32,463 nucleotides of DNA from a virus. The DNA lies in the IMG/VR virus record IMGVR_UViG_3300022683_000007, positions 1 through 32,463 of that record; one strand, written 5' to 3'. Below are positions 24,789 to 30,552 of this stretch, piece by piece (position 1 is the first letter of the stretch; each line of letters begins with the position of its first letter). The notes under the pieces were generated by a model, which was not told where the DNA came from, did no database searches, and saw only the letters and a program-made list of their open reading frames with translations. Position numbers and translations under genes: made by a program.

Positions 24789-24937
24789 TAGAGAAACCCC
24801 CACAATATCCAAGCCGACAACAACAAAAGGCTTAGGTGTATAGGGAATGTAATCTTGAAATTCTTCGCCAGGTCTAGCTTGAAGATTTCCCAATCTGCTT
24901 TTCTGTGCGCCTTCTTAATCTCTTTTTCAATACTCAT
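24788..24937 (-). CDS. Hidden 49-aa tail-anchored membrane peptide (below the ORF-track size cutoff)
   Basis: Hand translation gives MSIEKEIKKAHRKADWEIFKLDLAKNFKITFPIHLSLLLLSAWILWGFL. Its ATG (24935-24937) overlaps the TGA of the upstream HTH gene as ATGA. Its TAG overlaps the GTG at 24788. Confidence 0.4.
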   Translation of the reverse strand: MSIEKEIKKAHRKADWEIFKLDLAKNFKITFPIHLSLLLLSAWILWGFL

Positions 24938-25143
24938 ACACGCCACCAGTTGTAACCGTGTTCCTGAGCGCCACGAATGTTATTTCGGATGCAGTCAGAG
25001 CTAACGCTAAAGATCATTCCTAATCTTTCATAACCCAGCCCCTTAGTCCTTAGCTCCATCGCCTCGACTACCTGCTCAATACTTAGCTTTCGTTTCCTCG
25101 GTCTGAATACCAAAGTCGCGTCATGTAAATCATCAATCGTCAT
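24934..25143 (-). CDS. Small HTH DNA-binding protein
   Basis: The track ORF starts at TTG 25203, inside the upstream gene. The ATG at 25143 has a GGTGAGGG SD and lies 8 nt after the stop of the upstream gene. That gives 69 aa, with an HTH-like segment LSIEQVVEAMELRTKGLGYERLGMIFSVSSDCIRNNI. Confidence 0.55.
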   Translation of the reverse strand: MTIDDLHDATLVFRPRKRKLSIEQVVEAMELRTKGLGYERLGMIFSVSSDCIRNNIRGAQEHGYNWWRV

Positions 25144-25150
25144 AAATCCC

Positions 25151-25912
25151 TCACCCGTCCGTAAAACAACCACACCCAGAATCATCGAACATTGGCAGCT
25201 CAAGTGTCTGGCTATCTAATTCATCTCGAAACTCTTTTAACGTAATGTATTGAGTTTCAGTATTATGCACTTTTCTCAAAAATGGCTTCGCAGTTTCACC
25301 TATTGCCGACATTGCTCTGTTCATCTCTGCCTCATGGTAAGCAAACCGATCTGGGTTTGTTCTATATAATCGCTCAAACTGAACCAAACCTGCCTTGCAA
25401 CAAAAACCACCACAGTTGTTATGCTCGTATCCTTGCTTATAAAGCCTTGGCTTTTCAATTTCATACTTATCTAAATACCATTCAAACTTCGGTCTATAGA
25501 CTTTATGCTCAATAATTAAAGAGCGAACAGGTCGATCCCAGTTTTTTTGCGCTCTTTCTAACCTATCTATTTCTGAATAATCCATTCCCAAAATAAGCGG
25601 ATCACCTGGCTTTGCGTTTTGATCTAGCCACGCTTTTACTGGCTTTGTTTTTAGCTCAGTTGAACAGTGAGCAGTTCGGCTGTTGCCTATCCAACGCTTA
25701 TCAATGTAAACATCCCAAGGTGTTCGCCCATCTGTTAATGTTATGATTTTCTTGCCAACAGCTTTGGCTACGTCTTCATTGAAACGGTAGAGATCTTCAT
25801 CCTCTATGAGCGTATCCGCAAATATTAGGTTAAAATCTAATCCTTGCTCGTAAGCTATAAAAGCCGATACAGCGCTACCCATTCCTCCGCTAAAACTAAT
25901 TTGATAAGTCAT
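25151..25912 (-). CDS. PAPS-reductase-like PP-loop ATP pyrophosphatase family protein
   Basis: 253 aa. The N-terminal PP-loop is SFSGGMGS. A Cys cluster (NNCGGFCCKAG) and a C-terminal GCGCF are present. TAATG overlap with the upstream gene. Confidence 0.6.
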   Translation of the reverse strand: MTYQISFSGGMGSAVSAFIAYEQGLDFNLIFADTLIEDEDLYRFNEDVAKAVGKKIITLTDGRTPWDVYIDKRWIGNSRTAHCSTELKTKPVKAWLDQNAKPGDPLILGMDYSEIDRLERAQKNWDRPVRSLIIEHKVYRPKFEWYLDKYEIEKPRLYKQGYEHNNCGGFCCKAGLVQFERLYRTNPDRFAYHEAEMNRAMSAIGETAKPFLRKVHNTETQYITLKEFRDELDSQTLELPMFDDSGCGCFTDG

Positions 25913-26298
25913 TAGTTATAACTCCTCGGCTCGTAGCCTTCACTTTCCCCCATGGCTTTTAACTCATCTCGATAGTGCTTAGATATCTCTTTCTTAATCT
26001 CGGGCGTAGCCTTAAAGATACCCCGCTGCTTCTCTCTTAAAATCTCCATATGACCTTCACCAAAATACTGATTAAGCCAATCTGTAAACTTCAAGGGGTT
26101 CTCCGTAAAATCTCTGTGACACCAATGACAAAGACAAACCGCGTTATCCAGTGACCACCTAACCGACTTCAGCCTGCGCCCGTAGATATGAGCGCACTCC
26201 ATTCGTGAGTCAGTCTTTTTGCAGTGTTCACAAGTATAATTTGCTTTCTCTCGTACAACATCACTAAACCATTTATCACACGCTTCTCTTTTTATCAC
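25912..26298 (-). CDS. ninG: NinG/Rap-like HNH-type endonuclease core (the track's long form is 25912..26436)
   Basis: Core motifs: ACDKWFSDVVREKANYTCEHCKK...ECAHIYGRRLKSVRWSLDNAVCLCHWCHRDF. The first 46 codons of the track ORF are Arg/Ser-rich junk-like sequence and overlap a better ORF in another frame. GTG at 26298 has a GAGGA SD 8 nt upstream. Confidence 0.55.
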   Translation of the reverse strand: MIKREACDKWFSDVVREKANYTCEHCKKTDSRMECAHIYGRRLKSVRWSLDNAVCLCHWCHRDFTENPLKFTDWLNQYFGEGHMEILREKQRGIFKATPEIKKEISKHYRDELKAMGESEGYEPRSYN

Positions 26299-26458
26299 TT
26301 TCTTTATCCTCGATGGTGAACTGGCGCTCTCTGCCGATGGCTTTCGCGAAGTGTAAACAGCTTGGACACACCCACCCATTGAGCCTAAAATTTTCCGATG
26401 CGGTAAAGACCTCCTGCATCTGGACATCGCAATCATCGCACATCATTATCGCAATCAC
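26276..26458 (-). CDS. Zinc-ribbon peptide, probably the detached N-terminal module of NinG
   Basis: 60 aa with two CxxC pairs (CDDC...CPSC). GTG at 26458 has an AGGAG SD 7 nt upstream. It ends 23 nt inside the NinG-core ORF, at a run of five A (plus-strand T5, 26289-26293). Confidence 0.45.
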   Translation of the reverse strand: MIAIMMCDDCDVQMQEVFTASENFRLNGWVCPSCLHFAKAIGRERQFTIEDKESDKKRSV

Positions 26459-26660
26459 GTTCCCACTCCTCTATTAAAAACTCAATGTAATGTTTGGCTT
26501 TCAGTAAATCACTTAGGCCGCCCTTCTCTCTCCACCTGGAGACATACTTGACGACGTTACCCTCACAATACCCCAAACCGTTAGCCATAATATAGTCTAT
26601 CGGCTGGATATCTTTTGATTGATAGTGATCGCCACCTACTTGATAGTCTTTTGAACTCAT
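26433..26660 (-). CDS. DUF3310-like (SaV-type) early protein
   Basis: The track start is TTG 26675. The ATG at 26660 has a GGGGG SD. Motifs: YQVGGDHY...IQPIDYI...GNVVKYVSRWREKGGLSDLLKAKHYIEFLIE. Confidence 0.6.
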   Translation of the reverse strand: MSSKDYQVGGDHYQSKDIQPIDYIMANGLGYCEGNVVKYVSRWREKGGLSDLLKAKHYIEFLIEEWERDCDNDVR

Positions 26661-26668
26661 GTCACCCC

Positions 26669-27829
26669 CTAGCAAATCATTTTGTAGCTGATTGTCTGAC
26701 TCGCAACCTGCCCATATTCTTTATGATAAGTAATCACCTGAGCCTCTCGACCAGACATCCATCCACCACGGCTCGCGTATGCGTCTGGTGCTGCTAAAGT
26801 TCTGTGCTGAGTGACTAGCATTAGGTTGGTTTCTTTAACGTCAACCGAGTGATAATGCCCCATGTGAGCGTAGGCGTGTTCAGTCCGTCCGAACACTTCT
26901 CGGAATTTAGCCGCAAACACACTGTCTACGTTGGCAACCTTCCGCTTGTGTCCATGATGAAAGAACAATGCAGTCTTGCCCCACTCGAAACAGTAATAAG
27001 TATCGGCCGTGTTATCAACATCAATCCTTGGCTCTTGGTCGTACAGTGCCGTTAGGAATTCACGCATCCACGCGCTACTAGCTGGATCGTGATTAGCGTC
27101 ACACCATTTAATGTGAACCTTCGGGTACTTTTCTAAGAGCATTTTAATAACTCTACGGATAACTCTGATCGTTGTCCTGACTAGCTTTTGAAATCTTGTA
27201 TCCGCGTCTAAGATATGCCGACTCGCTGGGGTAACCGCTTCGAGTGAGTCAAAGTGGAGAAAGTCACCAAGCTGCGCAAACACACCAACGTCTGCATCTG
27301 GTGATAGCTTGATAGCCTGGGCGAACCAGTTAACTAAAGTGTCCTCTGCGATCTGTAAATCCCAGTCAGAGCCCGTTTCTTCATGCCAAGCCAGCATACC
27401 TGCATGGTAATCAGTAATAACGTACATATTGCATAGCTGAGACTTTTTAACTTTGGGCGCATCAACCTTTGGCTCTGGCTTGATTTCTTCATTGAGCGCA
27501 TCAATAGCCTCGCGCATCAACTCCATCTGACGTTCTTGGTTTATGTCAGACTTGACCCACTGGATAACTGGCTCGCCCTCTTTGTACAGCGTTGAGGTTC
27601 CTCGAACCTTAAAGCCATCAGGAACGGTATGCACCATGTCGTGTTCTGGTGAGTAGCCTTGTTTCGCGGCTCTAGCTTTGATCCTCTGACACATCATAAG
27701 AACATTTCGCTTACTTACATTAAGCGTTTTAGCTAACGTCTCAACGGTAACGCCCTGCGCTCGCGCACTAACAACTTCTCTCTGACGGTCGCTTTCGCAA
27801 AACGGTAAATAACTTTCCCAATCGTTCAT
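26669..27829 (-). CDS. Fusion of an N-terminal LuxR/sigma-r4-type HTH with a calcineurin-like metallophosphoesterase domain
   Basis: 386 aa. HTH: SDRQREVVSARAQGVTVETLAKTLNVSKRNVLMMCQRIKARA. Phosphoesterase-type metal motifs appear in order: ITDYH, GDFLHFD, ANHD, HHGH, GHYH. Confidence 0.55.
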   Translation of the reverse strand: MNDWESYLPFCESDRQREVVSARAQGVTVETLAKTLNVSKRNVLMMCQRIKARAAKQGYSPEHDMVHTVPDGFKVRGTSTLYKEGEPVIQWVKSDINQERQMELMREAIDALNEEIKPEPKVDAPKVKKSQLCNMYVITDYHAGMLAWHEETGSDWDLQIAEDTLVNWFAQAIKLSPDADVGVFAQLGDFLHFDSLEAVTPASRHILDADTRFQKLVRTTIRVIRRVIKMLLEKYPKVHIKWCDANHDPASSAWMREFLTALYDQEPRIDVDNTADTYYCFEWGKTALFFHHGHKRKVANVDSVFAAKFREVFGRTEHAYAHMGHYHSVDVKETNLMLVTQHRTLAAPDAYASRGGWMSGREAQVITYHKEYGQVASQTISYKMIC

Positions 27830-27831
27830 TT

Positions 27832-28272
27832 TTAACCCCTTTGAAACTCTCTCATCTTCATGTATTCAGAGTCAGCAGGGACCGGCAATAAAACACCATG
27901 ATCCGCTGCCCACTCTTGAATCTGATCCATGAAGTAGGTCATCTCACCCTTGGTTAGTTTTGAAGTCCTTTTTAACTGGCCTTCGATTACAGTGTTCCCA
28001 ACTACAACATCCTCTGTACCGAGGAATTTGTTTTTCATTAGCAACTTCATTTGCTCTGCGTCAACTTCGACCTTTGCAGAGAAGTGTTTGGCCATCATAC
28101 CGAACCAAGTGTGAAGCAGTGCGTTTTGACTGAGTGATCTTGGGTTTGTGTATTTTCCGGGCTTAATAACCAGAGGGGTAGAAAAGTCCCACCCCTCCAG
28201 CCAGTTGAGAAGACTACCGATCACGCCTGGTATGTCTTTCTGATCTCTTAGTAGCCAGCTTTTTTCTGTCAT
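27832..28272 (-). CDS. ninB: NinB/Orf-type recombination mediator
   Basis: 146 aa. RSLSQNALLHTWFGMMAKHF and KRTSKLTKGEMTYFMDQIQEW match the NinB pattern as I recall it. ATGA overlap with the upstream ORF. Confidence 0.6.
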   Translation of the reverse strand: MTEKSWLLRDQKDIPGVIGSLLNWLEGWDFSTPLVIKPGKYTNPRSLSQNALLHTWFGMMAKHFSAKVEVDAEQMKLLMKNKFLGTEDVVVGNTVIEGQLKRTSKLTKGEMTYFMDQIQEWAADHGVLLPVPADSEYMKMREFQRG

Positions 28273-28399
28273 AAGCTATTTGAACGTGGGCCCGCACCAG
28301 AGACCTGAACTTCTCTGGCACTTGATCCAGCATTTCTACCCTCTTTTGGCGTGAGGTTTCCGCAATAATCTCTATGGCATAAGTCCTCGGCCACCTCAC
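28214..28399 (-). CDS. Small helical protein in an overlapping frame (...IIAETSRQKRVEMLDQVPEKFRSLVRAHVQIAY...)
   Basis: 61-aa ORF with a GTG start immediately after an in-frame TGA. An internal ATG at 28333 has an AGAGGG SD 5 nt upstream. Its sequence looks more protein-like than the overlapping tail of ORF 28269..28643. It overlaps that ORF by 131 nt and ninB by 59 nt. Confidence 0.35.
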   Translation of the reverse strand: MRWPRTYAIEIIAETSRQKRVEMLDQVPEKFRSLVRAHVQIAYDRKKLATKRSERHTRRDR

Positions 28400-28643
28400 T
28401 CACCCACCGTTTCCTTAACCACTTCTCACCCCTGCTCTTTCGGTAAGTTAAATCTATATTAGAACCTTGGCTCTGAATGTAACCATCGTCCATAAGTAGG
28501 CGCAGTAACTCGTTCATTCTACTAGCATGTTTGACCATTGTACATTTTTCAGCCATTTCCTTGATAGTAAACGCTTCGCCTGAGTTGTATAGATCAGTCA
28601 ATAGTATCTCTTGCATCTGATCCACTGTCTTGAATTTAGCCAT
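28269..28643 (-). CDS. Winged-helix-like DNA-binding early protein
   Basis: 124 aa. The N-terminal 80 aa look like a winged helix (FTIKEMAEKCTMVKHASRMNELLRLLMDDGYIQSQG). The C-terminal 44 aa are low-quality sequence overlapping ORF 28214..28399. Its stop overlaps the ninB ATG (ATGA). Confidence 0.5.
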   Translation of the reverse strand: MAKFKTVDQMQEILLTDLYNSGEAFTIKEMAEKCTMVKHASRMNELLRLLMDDGYIQSQGSNIDLTYRKSRGEKWLRKRWVSEVAEDLCHRDYCGNLTPKEGRNAGSSAREVQVSGAGPRSNSL

Positions 28644-28992
28644 CGAACGCCTGCCCGTATTTATTAGTGAAGTAAACTCTCATCTGTTCCTTTTCGGAAC
28701 CCTCTAGCCAAGAGATATCAGTTAAATCATCAAGGTTTGATCTCTGCCTGATAGTCTTTGGGCCATCGAGTTTGATAGGACTGCTGCCGCCCTTATCCTG
28801 CGCCCTTGATAACCAAGAGTTAACAAACCGTTTGATACCTTTTGAAGTCTTGCGCTTTGACGGGTTAGCATCGAGCCAGCTTTCCATCTTCGCTAACTCC
28901 TGGAATACATCGACAGCTTGATAAGTCTTTTGCCATTGGATAACGTCCGTGTCCTCTGGCTGCCACTCCTCTCCCGTGTTTAAAATCATCAC
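28636..28992 (-). CDS. Conserved-looking early protein (WLDANPSKRKTSKGIKRFVNSWLSRAQ motif); possibly replication-associated
   Basis: 118 aa with tandem GTG-ATG starts and a GAGGT SD. The motif resembles one seen in lambdoid early-region proteins. I cannot name the family. Confidence 0.45.
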   Translation of the reverse strand: MMILNTGEEWQPEDTDVIQWQKTYQAVDVFQELAKMESWLDANPSKRKTSKGIKRFVNSWLSRAQDKGGSSPIKLDGPKTIRQRSNLDDLTDISWLEGSEKEQMRVYFTNKYGQAFDG

Positions 28993-29264
28993 TTTACCTC
29001 AACAATGAAACCTTCATCGGAACTACGAATGCGCTCTACTGTTTTATAGGTGCCTTGTTGTTCATCCCACAGTTGGTGACCTATTCCAACAAACGGACCA
29101 CCACTAGGATCGAACATGCCAAGATCATTCGGATCAATTCCAGACTGACCTTCCTTGCCACCAAAGCGACAGTACTTCATTGAGTCACCTTCCATTACAA
29201 ACTTGTATTCTTTATCGCTAATCTTTTCCCAATGATACTCATCACCGTATCTATTTTTCATCAC
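28989..29264 (-). CDS. Hypothetical early protein
   Basis: 91 aa with tandem GTG-ATG starts and an AAGGGG SD. It is tightly coupled on both sides. Confidence 0.5.
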   Translation of the reverse strand: MMKNRYGDEYHWEKISDKEYKFVMEGDSMKYCRFGGKEGQSGIDPNDLGMFDPSGGPFVGIGHQLWDEQQGTYKTVERIRSSDEGFIVEVK

Positions 29265-29569
29265 TCAATCCCCTTCATCTTCAGATAACACAGCGCCGCT
29301 GCTTTCGTTGGGGTTTTTGCGTCTGCGCTTGTGCAAGTACCATCTGTAAGTATTCCATAAGCTGACCATTCAAAACTGTCATAAGATAAATCCATTCCTT
29401 CACGCTCAATGATCGGCCCTATGTCTGACCAGCCTTTACAGTAGTCAACAAACTTTATGTCGTCATTTGGGTCGGTTAGTATCTCAACCTCATCACCGAC
29501 CAAGCCAATTACAAGCTTTTCATACTCAATCTTTGAAATCGCTAAGTTAATCTCTGCTTCTGTCATCAC
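29261..29569 (-). CDS. ninX: NinX-like (DUF2591-type) protein
   Basis: 102 aa with a GGAGGGAG SD. The pattern CKGWSDIGPIIEREGMDL...WSAY...TPTKAAALCYLK fits the NinX family as I recall it. Confidence 0.5.
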   Translation of the reverse strand: MMTEAEINLAISKIEYEKLVIGLVGDEVEILTDPNDDIKFVDYCKGWSDIGPIIEREGMDLSYDSFEWSAYGILTDGTCTSADAKTPTKAAALCYLKMKGIE

Positions 29570-29581
29570 TTACTCTCCCTC

Positions 29582-29620
29582 CTGCACTAGGTAATGCAAA
29601 TGTAATGCACTTTTATGCAC
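29582..29620. repeat. Helically phased short direct repeats (GTAATGCA x2, TTATGCAC, CTGCAC) in a 43-bp intergenic gap
   Basis: GTAATGCA occurs at 29591-29598 and 29602-29609 (11 bp apart). TTATGCAC is at 29613-29620 (10 bp further). CTGCAC is at 29582-29587. Candidate operator for one of the adjacent HTH or RHH proteins. Confidence 0.35.
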
Positions 29621-29807
29621 CTAAATAATACTCAGCGTACACCTTGTCATTAGAACGCTTGTGCCTGGTCTCTATCTTATAACCCTGCGCCCGTAGTCTA
29701 TGAACTCTAGATGCCAGCCGCATGCAGCCGAACCTTTCAAGAGCCAAAAGCGGGGTCACTGCGTTCCCTTCACGTAGGTAATTAAGTATTTGTTGTTCTT
29801 GATTCAT
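29613..29807 (-). CDS. Winged-HTH protein (HTH_39-like)
   Basis: The track start is TTG 29819. The ATG at 29807 has a GGAGG SD 5 nt upstream, giving 64 aa. Motif: ILNYLREGNAVTPLLALERFGCMRLASRVHRLRAQGYKIET. Confidence 0.55.
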   Translation of the reverse strand: MNQEQQILNYLREGNAVTPLLALERFGCMRLASRVHRLRAQGYKIETRHKRSNDKVYAEYYLGA

Positions 29808-29826
29808 AACTTCCTCCAAAGTTTGT

Positions 29827-29973
29827 TTAACTAATTGCTTCTGCTATTACTCTAGACACTGGCACTCCCCTCTCTTTAGCCAGTCTCTCGTATTCTGACA
29901 TCTTTGATCCTCCTATCATTCTTCGTTTGGTTCTTCCTCGAGTGTGAAACTTGCTTGTTTCTTTTGCTTTCAT
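29827..29973 (-). CDS. Hidden 48-aa ribbon-helix-helix-like protein (below the ORF-track cutoff)
   Basis: Hand translation gives MKAKETSKFHTRGRTKRRMIGGSKMSEYERLAKERGVPVSRVIAEAIS. A GGAG SD lies 6 nt upstream of the ATG. The C-terminal part fits an RHH pattern of strand, helix, GxP turn and helix. Confidence 0.5.
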   Translation of the reverse strand: MKAKETSKFHTRGRTKRRMIGGSKMSEYERLAKERGVPVSRVIAEAIS

Positions 29974-29984
29974 ATGATTCTCCA

Positions 29985-30353
29985 GACAATAGTTGTCATT
30001 TAGAGGACTGAGGGTGACCCTAATCCATAACCGTACCAGCTTAGTCCATTCAATCTACAGTCATCAGCAAACATTTCATCGGTGGGTATCTCCGATCAGG
30101 CTGCCAAAACCTTCCCATTACTGTCACCACTAAACGCTGTTTATTCCCGTCCTCTAAAGGTCGTAGATTGATTCTGGCTTTATTGAGCAGCTGCACCATG
30201 AGACAGCACTATTTAACTAGGCTCGACTAGGCGACTGATGATTGCGGTTTGTAAAACTGGTGTGGTAAACTGCATTCATCATTGACGTCGCACCTCAATG
30301 ATACTTCCTCCGCACTCCCCGTGCAACCCCCCTCCCTCCAGGGGGGTTTTTTT
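29985..30353 (+). ncRNA. Candidate ~370-nt structured non-coding RNA (family not recognised), ending at a canonical intrinsic terminator
   Basis: This is a 378-bp ORF-free gap. A plus-oriented terminator lies at 30327-30353, and a possible promoter TTGCTT-N16-TATGAT at 29951-29978. There are multiple perfect 8-10-bp helices, including an interleaved pair. One helix has a G-U that is valid only in plus sense. The 5' end is a guess. Confidence 0.4.
30327..30353 (+). terminator. Canonical rho-independent terminator, plus orientation
   Basis: CCCCCCT (30327-30333), loop CCCTCC, AGGGGGG (30340-30346), then T7 (30347-30353). The T-tract overlaps the TAA of the minus-strand HTH gene. Minus sense has no U-tract after the hairpin. 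Confidence 0.75.
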
Positions 30354-30543
30354 ATGCCTGAATTAAATACTCAATGTTGATATCTAGCGCATCACTAACC
30401 TTCTCAATCGTTGATAGCTTCAAGTCTTTCGACTTAGCGATCGTATGCGCCCTCTGTCTGGAAACCCCGAGCAGCTCCGCGAACTGCTCATAGGTTAATC
30501 CTCTAGCTTCGAGTACGTTTCTAATGCTTTGCCCTATATCCAT
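30352..30543 (-). CDS. Cro/XRE-family HTH regulator
   Basis: 63 aa with a GGGG SD. HTH: LTYEQFAELLGVSRQRAHTIAKSK. Confidence 0.7.
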   Translation of the reverse strand: MDIGQSIRNVLEARGLTYEQFAELLGVSRQRAHTIAKSKDLKLSTIEKVSDALDINIEYLIQA

Positions 30544-30552
30544 TGATTACCC

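Noticed and set aside
30020-30028. A DnaA-box-like TAATCCATA in the spacer (a similar TAATCCACA lies at 431-439).
   Set aside because: It matches the consensus at only 7-8 of 9 positions, occurs as single copies with one inside a coding region, and no cluster or AT-rich unwinding element lies nearby.
30050-30199. A 49-codon minus-strand ATG ORF (MVQLLNKARINLRPLEDGNK...) and a 21-codon ORF (30217-30282) inside the ORF-free spacer.
   Set aside because: The 49-codon ORF has no SD, in a genome where nearly every gene has GGAG/GGGG 5-9 nt upstream, and no recognisable motif. The 21-codon ORF has a GAGGTG SD, but its start is buried in the 8-bp hairpin, and it is too short to call. Both are kept only as alternatives in the spacer finding.
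30352-30543. A temperate lifestyle, with the XRE-type HTH acting as an immunity repressor.
   Set aside because: No integrase, excisionase, CI-length repressor or attP-like element was seen. The 63-aa HTH is Cro-sized and sits inside the early operon.
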